DNA of 64,000 nt, from assembly GCF_036588685.1 (NCBI RefSeq), contig NC_086380.1, positions 50,220,001 through 50,284,000 of the forward strand. The letters run 5' to 3'. Positions 12,536-24,730 of the stretch are shown in pieces. The position numbers and the translations under genes were made by a program. How positions within the stretch are numbered: the stretch's first letter is position 1; each line of letters starts with the position of its first letter. The notes under the pieces were generated by a model, which saw only the letters and a program-made list of their open reading frames with translations, was not told the origin of the DNA and ran no database searches. This DNA comes from Mytilus trossulus (lineage: Eukaryota).

Positions 12536-14642
12536 CTAAAAGGATAAATTTAGAGTCAAAATAAGTTCAATGTTTTTTTATTTAGCTGTATGCTGCATGA
12601 TATGTGAATATTGAATTCAGTAATCTTAGGCATTATATTCGTCATTTATTACAATATTTTGATTTTAAAACGAAGGAATTGACTGCAGTTTTCGATGTCA
12701 TAAAGCAAGATCATTGTTTACCAGTGACAATAGATTAATTGTGATTATGTTATCTTATGATGCGAGATGGATGTTGGTGAAAAACTACGTCAAAAATATA
12801 TTGGTTGAATACTTCAGCCCTTATCGTTTAATATAACAACGACTACTCAGACTGTGCCCAACAAATCAGCTTATTTCAAGTTTAGATAATATCATATTCG
12901 TCTTATCTTTAATTTTTTCGGATGTGTCCTATTCCCAATTGAGTAATTTCAACTGAATGTGGATTCGCATGATGAGTGATAACAGCTTAATATAAGACAC
13001 CAACCCTGTCTGGGTTTCAAGTCTCGCTCCCCGGCAATTCATTCAATCCCCTAAGATTTAGTTTGTCAACTTGTTTGAACATTTATTTGGGCGGGGTCAA
13101 TTTACCTTATTTACACATTAGACTGTACTGTTTATCGAAACTTCGGAAACACTAAACCCTGTAATTTATATCGGAGAAGAGGGCAATATATCCCTCAAGG
13201 TCTCACTTTGACTTTAAGATGAAGAACAGCAATTAATAGAGCTGTTCTGTTATTTTCAGTATTTTCATTATTGCAATGCGCATACTGATTGTGAGCCATA
13301 GATGGATACTCGATATTCTTTTTTTCCTTTAACACATCAACATTTAAATGTCCATTCGTGTCAATTTTCCTTTAAAACATTGTACAAAAGGAATATACCA
13401 TACTGTATGGGCAGAAGGATATTTGCAATTTTATCTAATGAAAGACGCTGAATATGGGAGAACTTAAAAAACATACATGTCTGAATAGTGGTAACTATAA
13501 CAACTAATTGATGATAGTACAAAAAATAAGAACTGAAATTTCCGAAGAAAAATGGAAACGATAATAAATTGATTCTATTGTTTTTCAAACATGACCCAAC
13601 ATTTCAGAAATTATTTAACTGCATGCGTTGAATTGTCCAATTAACCAATCATAGTGACAAAATAAAAACATATAGTATTCACTCGAATGAATCAGACAAA
13701 TCAAAAGACACACTTGACAAGGGTCACATTTGTTTCAAATGAAGATTGATGATGCTGATTTTTAGTGAAAAGATGCTTTGACACTAGATGAAATGTATGT
13801 TCAAACGAATACAGTTTTTTTTTTCAGAAAGAAACTGTATAAAACAATTCCAAAAAGGGACATATTTATAAAAACAAAGGGTATCTGTACATTGTAAAGA
13901 AACATGTTGTAAGGTATTTACTTTAATAAACAACATTACTTCTCTGAATTGCCAAAACAGTATATAGGTTAGATATATAACACTATTTGTGAACGGGTGT
14001 GTGTCAAAAAAATCCACAATATCGTAAAATTCCACCAAGGTTTAGAAAGATACATAGAAATATTAAATGATACCGTATTCTTGTATTTTTTGCGATTCTA
14101 TTTTACATATGACGTGGCTTTGTGCTAAGCCATCCCGTTATTGTGTAGTTGTGCTACGGTAGTTTTTTTTATTGTTGTATTTCGTGTTTGCTAGTGTGTT
14201 TTGTCTACAGACATGTCTGTGCTTCTTTATTACATGTTTGTTTGTTTTGGGGTGATAAGGATTGTGGCACAATGTTGACTGATGTGCCCTATTTTTGACA
14301 TGTTTACCTATTATATCTGTTTGTTTTGTTCACACATCGATGTTATTATCATGGTATTTGATACGACTGTCATACATGTTTTTAAACTGGATGTAATCCA
14401 CCATTTTCTACACAGGAAAATGCCTTTATCAAGTCAGAAATATGACAGTTGTTATCAATTCTTTCAATGTGTTTGAGCTTTTGATTATGCCATTTGATTA
14501 GGGACTTTCCGTTTTGAATTTTTGTTTTATTTCCCTTTTTAAATGAAAAAGAGAGAGCAGTGCAAACCTGTGTGAAATTGATCACTACTTTAAATAAGAA
14601 TTTATCCCGATGAGCAATGCCTTCCTCAAGAATAACATAATC

Positions 14643-14944
14643 AACAAGTGGAACTGCGAGCTACTGCTCACTGATGATACCCCCGCCGCAAGTGGATAAT
14701 ATTAATAGTGTAAAAAAATGCAAGTGTTCGGTAAACAGGAAGTTGTCGAGTGATAAATCTGAAAACGCATCACACGGTATAGCTGACTTATATAAATCAT
14801 TAAACCAAATTTCAGAAATTCTTGTATTGTAGTTCCTGAGAAAAATGTGACGAAAGTTTCATGGGACGGACTGACTGACGGACAGACGGACTGACAGAAA
14901 GAGGTAAAACAGTATACCCCACTTTTTTGAAAGCGGGGGTATAA
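14643..14944 (-). mobile_element. Short complete HINE/DINE-1-like (pearl-type) element
   Basis: AACAAG...GGGGGTATAA ends, sub-TIR ATACCCCCGC, terminal hairpin, (GACW)n microsatellite. Confidence 0.75.
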
Positions 14945-16369
14945 TTACATAACGTAATCAAACACATCAACAGCGTTCCAAAAATAGCCTAGTAACAGCT
15001 TTGACACGTCCTTTCGGTTGTATAAAAGTGCTATACACTAAATCACAGTTTCGCAAATTTACCTTTTTGTCATAAATGTTATTCCCGTGAAAGCTCTAAC
15101 TTTAACAGAAGTATCTGCCAGTGCAGGCATATAAAGGCAGTAATGACCATAATGCAAATGAACAATTCAGATAAGTTAATTTCTGGAAAGTCGAAAATAT
15201 GATCACGCAAAAAACGGGAGTATTGCCTTAACTACACTGCGCGATTGATTGGTTGATTGTCCAACGACCAGTGGAAAATATTTCATGCATATCAAGGATG
15301 AGATCGAATTACTTTTCATACGCTAGGTGGTCAACCCGGATAGCGGACGCACAATTTGGAATTTATTACAGCTCGATCACAACGAACATACCATAAAGTA
15401 GACCATAGTAAAGAAAAGATAGTTCCTACGCACAAGTGAAACTTTCAAAACATGTAGAATATATTAGTTATATGGATACGAAATTACTTTTGAAGCACTT
15501 GGAATCACTGCCACATGAGCAATCGATACCTGTTTCACTATTTATTTTAAATTGAATATGAGGGATTATCTGACCTGTGTTGTTTGGTACTTCTTACGTT
15601 TTCGGAACCAGTTCGTTCTTTAATACAGTAGATGCAATAAGGTGTTGTTAGGACAAGACTTGACTTTCACTTATCTGAACTTCCGAAAAGCCGGTTTGAT
15701 TTCTAATATTAATAACTTAGAAAGTGGTTTCCCCCCCTAATACATGTATAATATATAATGAAGAAAAAATTCAAATATCAGAAGTTATACATATTCCCGC
15801 CAGAGTTTATCATAGTTAATGTTTGGTATCAGGTTACATTTAATTGTTGCCGCAATTTTCCGTTAGTGTCAAATTGCATTCATCTAACTTGTAAAAATAA
15901 TACTTCGGTCTGTTTTGATCATACAGTAAAAACAGAAGTTTCTATGTTGGCATTATTGTTGATTTTAATCAATAACAACATGAATTTTTGATTTGTCAAT
16001 AGTTAAATGATAGCTTTGGTCCAAATTAAAATTAGGATTCTTACTTGTTTTTTCCAGTGTAACAATGTATTACTTCACAATGTATTACATCATAAGCCAC
16101 AATAAGGTCTTGCTATTAATACTTCAAATTGAAAAATTTTCAGAAAGAAAGCCAGCAGGTCATGCACTAGTTGAATTTTTCCTTTAAAGCATATGCTTTT
16201 CCGAAACCCAAATGTATTCTTTGTTTTAAACTTACATATCTCAACTGGATACCTGACTTTTAATAATATGATTAGATTATTATACCAAATGACAGTATTT
16301 TGAAAACTGCACATATCTCAATGTTTTTACATTATTGACCAAATATGTTGTTCACTTACGAGAAGCATA

Positions 16370-16757
16370 GACAAATAAAATTGAGAATGGAAATGGGGAA
16401 TGTGTCAAAGAGACAACAACCCGACCAAATAAAACAAAACCAGCAGAAGGTCACCAACAGGTCTTCAATGTAGCGAGAAATTCCCGCACCCGAAGGCGTC
16501 CTTCAGCTGGCCCCTAAACAAATATTTACTAGTTCAGTGATAATGAACGCCATACTAATTTCCAAATTGTACACAAGAAACTTAAATTAAAATAATACAA
16601 GACTAACAAAGGCCAGAGGCTCCTGACTTGGGACAGGCGCAAAAATGCGGCGGGGTTAAACATGTTTGTGAGATCTCAACCCTCCCCCTATACCTCTAAC
16701 CAATGTAAAAAAGTAAACGCATAACAATACGCATATTAAAATTCAGTTCAAGAGAAG
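16370..16757. mobile_element. SINE-like dispersed repeat
   Basis: GC-richer block sharing the CCTGACTTGG-ACAGG...GGGTTAAAC module with 8370-8425, 14390-14440, 25340-25392 and 32765-32825. Confidence 0.55.
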
Positions 16758-16925
16758 TAACATTTCTTTGCAGATTAATACATTCCGACATGGTTATTTC
16801 AAACAAAACCTACTTTTTGAAACTCAAAGTCGAAAATAATTCAACGTACAAATAGCTTAAATATTTATCAAATAATACGATGCACAAATCAACTTTGAAA
16901 AGGTTAATGTGGAAACACATTTTAC

Positions 16926-17019
16926 CTCCATCATTTTCTGACGTCTCTTGTAGTGTTTCTTCTTGTTGCATAACTGTAGCAGTGTCTTTGTGGTCACTTT
17001 TGTCTTTGGCCATAGAAGA
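16926..17019 (-). CDS. ANK-Roc gene, acidic linker exon (SSMAKDKSDHKDTATVMQQEETLQETSENDG)
   Basis: Inside ORF 16810-17067; TTTCAG acceptor, GTAAAA donor; 94 nt phase 0/1, which bridges the phase-0 cap exon to the phase-1 Roc exon. Confidence 0.75.
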
Positions 17020-18092
17020 CTGAAATGTAATAATAATACGTATACATATCAAAATAACCTTAAACAAGTATGATTAAATTGTAGAAAAAGTAATCCATTG
17101 GATTGAACATGTTTAAAAAAAATGATTGGAGGTATTACAGACGTTTTTGGTACCTTTTATAAGCAATAGCTTAAGCAAAATACGCCCATATTCTTGGTAT
17201 ACGTCTCTTTTGATATTTCCTTTTAATTACGTTATTATTTTATTACTATTGGTTTTCCTCTAAATGGTCCAAACACCATTAAAGACACATTAATTTTCAG
17301 AATATGCAAATATTATTTCGAATTAAATCAAAACTTTATGTTCATTTCAAGTCCACTATTAGATGAAGGTCTAGAGAAAAAATATAACCAGTACAGAAAA
17401 AGAAATTTATAACGGCTTGATGTCATTTTCGAAATGGACACTCAAATACATTTTTAATCAGACGATAGAAAACGAATGTGTATATTCTAAGGTTTTCTTT
17501 TATGTTGGTCTGTAGTTGGGTTTTCTGTCAATTTTCGACAAAATTGTTCCTTCAACTTCTAAGGGAAAACATCCATAGTATACAACACAGACAAGGTCAC
17601 GCTTGTGTTATACATTAATTAGTTATTCCTCTACAGTCTCAATAGATTAGTTAAATTGAATTCAAGATATGATCAGGAGACTGCATAAATAAACATAGTT
17701 CGCCAAGGTAAAACAGAAAGATAAAAATAATACACAAGAAAAACACATAAAATGGTTCTTAACAAGTAACAGACACCTGCACATTCCAAATTGCATGTCA
17801 TGAGCTGCTGCCTCAATTTTTTTTTGCCGTTGTTATATACACAATACCTCAATGTTTGTTGTCTAGAATGTCGCGTTAAAATTTAATTTGTAATTTAGAT
17901 TGTATCTTTATGATGTTACCCGTTCTAGTTCATGCATTTATAAATGAAATAAATAAAAAAAGAAATAAGTCTTTGTCTTTTTTTTGCTGATCTCCTTAAC
18001 TACGAAAATGTTATTGACTTGACTTTTTCAATACAACGATTAACGTAATATTGAGGATAGATCTCTCCCCTTAAGTAGTATTATGGTTCCTT

Positions 18093-18155
18093 AATAGTTA
18101 TCAAAAGTACCAGGATTATAATTTTATACGCCAGACGCGCGTTTCGTCTACATAA
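18093..18155 (-). mobile_element. Truncated retrozyme-like copy with only the 3' half of the hammerhead
   Basis: Nearly identical to 61889-61952; lacks CUGAUGA. Confidence 0.75.
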
Positions 18156-21046
18156 ACCATTCCTTATATTGATACAAACCCATCTGGCAACAATGCAAGG
18201 ATTGTTTAGCTTGGTATGCTAGGGGTAACAGAAAAACGAATGTTAATCTGTAGTTAAAATCTGTGCAAATATATCCGCTTAAGTTATTAGTTTATTTCGA
18301 AAATACCAATTCGGTTGTGCTTATGGTAATTGGGACTATTATTGAAATGATTGATGAGTCAAGAAACATTATTAATGCCGTAATTGTTTTATTTTAGATT
18401 ATAAAACAGTCATATGGGAATGGTTTCAACTTATTTATGTATGTATATTGATTCTTATTAGTTACTTTGCGAATGTTAGCGAAACCGTTATCAAAATTGC
18501 CAGCAAAATCCTGTATGAAACATGAGTAAACAGTTAGAATTCGAAAAAAAGTTTCGCAATGCAGCTGAATAGATGAAAGACAATTGAATAACAGAAGTGT
18601 CCATTACAGAAGACAAATCCAAGTTAAGTGTTTGAGAGAGTAAAAATGGTCGTTCACCTTTGCGAACAATTATATAAATACAGGATCATTAAAGCAGGCA
18701 AACTACGGTTAATACATGGATGATAAGAAAACGAAAGGCAGACGAACTATGTATATTACATTTTCAACTCAAAAGTCCAGCATGTTAAAGGAATCTTTGA
18801 ATGTGAAACAAAGTATAAATAAAGTCGTCTGAATATATATTATCTAAACATTGCTATCCAAAGATGAAAATAAACTGTCTTATTGATTATTGAAAATGTA
18901 GTGTATTGCTAGATAAAGGTAACCTTTGCTTTAATTTTACATTCTCGAAAACTTGTTGGTAAGACACTAAAATAAATGCTAATGCTTTTTGTCTAACAGC
19001 AACGTGATATTTGAGGCATGAACTAATAACACTTTCATTATTTACACCTCTGTTTTAAAGTGACCTTCGGGTCTTGTGTTGTACGAACTAAATCAAATTA
19101 TGACCAGAACTGTTTTGCAGAGATTAACAACATATTTTGAAGAAAAAAAAGTTCTTGTTTTTTCCATTTTAATAAGTACGCCTAATCCTTTGATTGGGTT
19201 GGAAGTATCTACTGATTTGTTTTTAAAACTCGAATTAGATATTGGTAACACTGTTAAACGACAAAGACAGATATTGCGTACATTGCATGTTTAAATTGAG
19301 ATTAAATGATTTAACAGAGAGGCAAAAGATACCAAAGGAATATATAAACTCATCAGTCGGAACCGACAACGCACGGGCCACAAAAGACCGAAAAAAATTC
19401 AGACAAACAGCAGTAAACACCAAACAACACAGAAAACTGAGGTCTGAGCAACACGTATAACACTATGAATAATTGCTGTATAAAATAAAATTATAGTACT
19501 TTTACATAAAAAAAATAGCAGTCCGTGTACATTTCTAAGTTTACAATGTTGGTAATCATATAATTGATTAAGAGTCTTCATAAGTGTACTTTTTTTTTAC
19601 TATACATCACGATGGTATCATAAACTTGGTACTTTATAATAGAGTATTTGATATAAACACATTGAATCACAGTAATATTGAAATGCAATTTCTAAAATGT
19701 TTTGTCGGTTTTATTTTTAGTGTGTAAATCTGGATGGCTTTTCCAATATAAATGACAGCAGCACTATAAGTGTAAAACGACTACAAAATAGCCAATAGCT
19801 TAAATTTACGGTGGCACCATTCTTTCTTTGTTTTCAAAATACTAAATATCTTAAGTGTTGATCTATTATGATGGTGTGTATAACACGCATGTTTGACAGT
19901 TATCACTTGTCCTATTTGTATTTAATAAAACAAATATTCAAAAAAATATGCCGTTATCATCAATCAGCTTATCTGATGACTCAGGTTAATTAAAAAAACA
20001 AACAGATAATATAAAAGAAAGCAGTATCGGACACAATGACTACTTTAGTTCATGACTACAATGGTTTTACTGCTCTAGTTTACAGTGCAAAGATTTCCTA
20101 TGCATATTCAAAATACTGAACCGTCAATGGAATTCGGTAGCCTTGAACTCTCAGTATTCTGTGTGTAGCAAACAGTTGTGCCCGGACGAAATAATACTGT
20201 CAACATTTGTTCTTAAAATAAAATTATATGCTGGTATCATATATCAGTAATTTTGGTAACTCCGATTTGATTTTTCAAATAAATTACAGTATTAAACAGG
20301 TCAGGACCACTACCTTATATGGAAATGCATAAATTAGCATACTTATGTTCTTGCACATGTAATTGTTTATTTACATGTGACGTAATTTATTTTTACCTAG
20401 GTTTTTGACCAATCAACTAAATGAGTCACAATGCATGATGGACTACTACGTGTTTACAATCAAGCAAGAACACGTGTTATTAACTGAAATACAACACATT
20501 TTTTCGTGCAATGCGGGATTCACAATTTCGCTTAGTATTTCATTTTGTGTATCCTCATTTATAGTTCATGATATAAAGTATTACTTCCATGCTCAGATTA
20601 ACGAAGACTTGTTTCTATGCGAAGAAAAAACGGTTTGAATTACCCGATGTATAGCCATTAACATGTTTGATGATGGCACAGAGATTTCATGTATTTGTCC
20701 ACCAGACAGCAACGAAACAACAGCAAAAAAACATAATTACCAATGAGACAAACTTACTAGTGTAAAGTCATCCGTCGATAAACGTCGCTGCTGATATTCA
20801 CGAGTACAGCAATGTTCGTATAGATATTTAAAGCTAAAGGTGGGTCCTTGAATTTTGTGTTTGTAAAAAAGGCGAAGAAATATTTACATAAATGGCAGTG
20901 TAAACAAAATCTATAAGTATTTTGTTTTGTCACATTTCATTATATGGAACTTCCGAACTGTTCCCTTTGTTTTGAAGGTAGTGAATTCAGGAACTGTAGT
21001 TTCAGTTTGTTCGTTTTTTAACGGGCTCAAACATTTGTCAAACTGA

Positions 21047-21285
21047 ATAAAATCATTACAGCTGATTTCTTTTACCTGCAAAGTAAAACTTTGGTTGGCT
21101 TGCTTGCTTTGTATAGTTGTTTATATACAAGCTTTGAAAATAAGATTGACATCTTTAAACAATATATATATATAGGCATAGTTTAACTTGCATATTTTAT
21201 ATTTTGTACAATATACAAATAAAGCAAGCAAGCTAACCAAAGTTTTGCTCTACATGCATTAGGAAATAAGCTGTAATGATTTTAT
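21047..21285. mobile_element. Palindromic MITE-like element
   Basis: ATAAAATCATTACAGC...GCTGTAATGATTTTAT ends and internal TTGCTTGCTTT/AAAGCAAGCAA arms; related fragment at about 4878-4975. Confidence 0.65.
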
Positions 21286-21348
21286 CCATATGTATGTGCG
21301 ACAAGGTGGAACAGTTGATGTTTTGTGAAAATTGCAGCGTTAGATCTA

Positions 21349-21622
21349 TAATAAAAAAAAAGAAGATGTGGTATGATTGCCAATGAGACAGCTGTCCACA
21401 AGAGACCAAACTGACACAGAAATTAACATTTTAGACCACCGTACGGCCTTAAACAATGAGCACAGCCTATATAGCATAGTCTGCTATAAAAGGCCCCGAT
21501 ATGACAATGTAAAACATTTCAAACGAGAAAACTAACGGCCTTAATTATATATATAAAAAAAATGAACGAAAAACAAATATGTAACACATAAACAAACGAC
21601 TACCACTGAAATACAGGTTCCT
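21349..21622. mobile_element. SINE-like dispersed repeat (AGAAGATGTGGTATGATTGCCAATGAG family)
   Basis: Other copies or fragments at about 8500-8660, 11383-11455, 21740-21830, 27664-27765, 57050-57146 and 62759-62900, in both orientations. Confidence 0.7.
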
Positions 21623-22052
21623 ATACAATATTTTTTTTATGGGATAGATTTCTTCTCCTTTAAATATTTAATTGTGCCGTTTTTTTTGTTTGGATTGTTT
21701 TACACAAGTAATTTTTGGGTCATTTATCGCTTACTTTTCAGCATTGAACCTATGATGCTTACTTTACTAAATTATGTCTTTGTTGGAAAGATGTCTCATT
21801 TGGCACTCATGCCTCATCTTTTCATTTCTATATACAAAGCACGTTTTAAAAGAAAAAAAAATAATAGACAATATGGCACCCACTATGATCCAGAGACTTT
21901 TAATATTGGAGATATTTTACATATGTCAACAGGACAGCAGCCGAACGATAAGAAACCTCTGAGGTATATTTTGTTATAAAAATTAGCAACAAACGGATAT
22001 TATCGATGGATGAAACAATAAAAAATGTATTGAGCTATATACCGTACCCGCT

Positions 22053-22201
22053 CAGTGGCGGATCCAGGGGCGGGGGTTCCGGGGTATGGGCCCCCTTTTT
22101 TGGACGATAAGTGTATTTGGATAGGGACATGTAGTTGGAACCCCCTCCTCTTTTGTCCAGGGTTAGGACCCCCCTTTTTAAAATGACTGGATCCGCCCCG
22201 G
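22053..22201. mobile_element. Small hAT-like MITE related to 2743-4145
   Basis: CAGTGGCGGATCCAG / CTGGATCCGCCCCGG ends; imperfect 5-bp flanks CCGCT/CCACT. Confidence 0.65.
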
Positions 22202-23595
22202 CCACTTTCATAACACTGATTTTTAGCATACTGAATATCATGATGTTTTTACTATAAGTTCAGGTTCTGATAAAAAAAAAATACACATTCAGTACAGAAA
22301 GAAGTGTTTCAATGAAAGTTTTCGTGTTTTCAGTCTAAGCAGAAATGATTTTGGAATGACATTATACAGGTTGAAAAGAGCTCAAATGAGTTTACTGGAC
22401 AGTGGTCACTTTATTGAATATTTCACTGTGTCATGTCGTGAAATTAATGCAGGTTCAATTTATAACACTGCACAAAACCGGTTCAACTCCTTTTGCAAGG
22501 CGAAAAAGAAAGACGAATTGTGAAGCCAATAAACAATATTTTTTTAATCTGAGCATGCAAATTGAAGATTACACTATATATTTTACATTAAATATATTTG
22601 CAGAATAAAAACTTTGGTAATGACAGTCCCCGACAATATATAAGTTGACTGTTTTCCCACTAATTCCACGTGTTTTACGTAGTAGGTTACTCGTAGTAGA
22701 CCACAATGCATTGTAGTTCATTGAGTCGATTGGTCAGTTTTTCAAGGCCATATTGGCCTTGTGTTTTGGAAATTACTATGCAAATATATTCTGACGTCAG
22801 AAAATCGACCTGTTAAAGATACACAATGAATACCAAGTGTTGCCCACTTTGATTAAATTACCAACATTTCCCTAAGTTAATCAAAATACTGAACCAAAAT
22901 TAAACCACTAATATCGATTTCATGAAATAACGAAAGACCGGTAGGGACATTCTGCATTGCTGTTGTTAAAATCTCTCTGTTCATTCTTGATATTTGTTTT
23001 ATCCAAGTCGAAATTTCGCTTTTTCAGGATTACATTTCTTTTTGCCCAGTTGATATTTCCCAATCCAAGGTGACATTTCTAACTTCCATATTGGAACTGC
23101 CAAATTATTCCTGAATGCAAACATTGAAGAGCTGGTATAACAAAAATTGGCGAAAAAGTTCTAAAGTCCTTCAGCTACTCATATTGAACTTTACAGCTAT
23201 CAGAGCTATAATCTTGTACTTGAACATTCCGTTGAAAATATGTCTACAAATCAAAAGTGACGACTCATGTCACCTATACTTTCACTTTCAATATTTACAA
23301 CCCAAAAAAGATACAATTTATGTAGTGAAATAAAACAAAGAAAATAAGTATAGCACTTAAAAACCTAAAAGAAACTAAAGATACATTTGGGTAAACAGTC
23401 TGAATGCGCATCTGATGCAACAAAAAGGGTTTTTGTTAATGCTAGTATTGATGATTACGTTACCTTCAGTAAATACGTAAATTTATCTGTCCCTGGTATC
23501 ACCGATTTCTCCGTTCGTCGACGCATTCAGCATTTTTTTTGTATTTTAATTGATCTTATCTACAAATGGACTTATACACCAACATGAAGCCTTAC

Positions 23596-23679
23596 CTTCA
23601 GAAGTTCTCGTAATTCTTCTTTTTCCTTTTCCGAATGCCAGTAACGTCTATTGACAATCTCAATCGGTGTTTTGTTGGC
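23596..23679 (-). CDS. ANK-Roc gene, C-terminal capping ankyrin-like exon (ANKTPIEIVNRRYWHSEKEKEELRELLK)
   Basis: Inside ORF 23572-23766; TTTCAG acceptor, GTAAGG donor, 84 nt, phase 0/0; KTP...ELL cap-like pattern. Confidence 0.8.
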
Positions 23680-24099
23680 CTGAAATACAAGACAAATAGT
23701 TAGCAAAAAGATGTGTAAACGATATGCATTGATCAGTTGGAAATACAGGAAAATAAAAATCATCAAACAAATCAGATTATTACACCAGACGCGTGTTTAG
23801 TCTTCAAAAGACTAACCAGTCACGATTGAATAAAAATAAGTCAAACCAAGAAACCAAATTGAAGAACATAAGGGACCTTAAAATGGAAACTAAATTGTAT
23901 CACTGTAAAACTAGCTCGATAGATACATTCATATAATAAAGTACTGGGGAGGTTCAATTTTATCATATTAAACACGATGAAATACATGACAACTGATAAC
24001 ACATACTACTTAACAACTGCCGATTAGTAAGACAAGTGTCGCAAGTGTGATATCCGATGAGAAACAATGCCGGAGCTTTAACAGAGTAAAGTGACACAA

Positions 24100-24730
24100 T
24101 GCGGAATCATATATTATAAGACAGAGTTCAAAATATACATTGAACATAAGACACAGCACAGAATGAGGAAAAAAACATAAAACACATTGCCGAACTATAA
24201 TTTGAATATAAGACATACTGCCAAACCATGAAGCAAAAATAACGCATACCGTCAAATCATCAATAAAAACATAAGACACACAGCCAAATAAACAACAACA
24301 GCATAAGTCACACAGACAAATCATGAATAAAACATAAGACACCCAGCCAAATCATTAACATGATTAATATAATAATAATACACATAGCCAAATATCAATA
24401 AAATCATAAAAGACACACAGCCAAATCATAAATAAAAACATAAGCCACACAGCCAAATCATAATTGAAAACATAAATAAAAACATAAGATTCATAGCCAA
24501 GTCACCAATAACAGCATAAACCACAAAACCAAGTCATGAATTAAACATAACACAATTAGCCAAATCATCAATGAAAAAATGAGACACAAGCAAAATCACA
24601 AATAAAAACATAAGACACAAAGCCAAATTATCAATGAAAGTATAAGACATACAGTCAGAGTATTAATAAAACATAAGACACACAGACAAATCATCAATGA
24701 AAACATAAGACATACAGCTAAATCATTGAT
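24100..24730. repeat. Degenerate minisatellite of about 32 bp
   Basis: Repeated AAAACATAAGACACACAGCCAAATCAT-like unit; explains ORF 24010-24342. Confidence 0.85.

Noticed and set aside
12211-12564. 117-aa plus-strand ORF
   Set aside because: Antisense shadow of the Roc P-loop exon
15575-15702. Candidate exon between the linker and Roc exons
   Set aside because: The required phase-1 frame stops after about 10 codons; the flanking exons already join in frame
20758-20790. Possible 33-nt micro-exon (QRRLSTDDFTL) with a GTAAGT donor
   Set aside because: Weak acceptor and no homology support; cannot be distinguished from chance
22900-23110. Candidate exon after a TTCAG acceptor at 23111
   Set aside because: All three frames contain stops, and the phase-0 frame stops at codon 2
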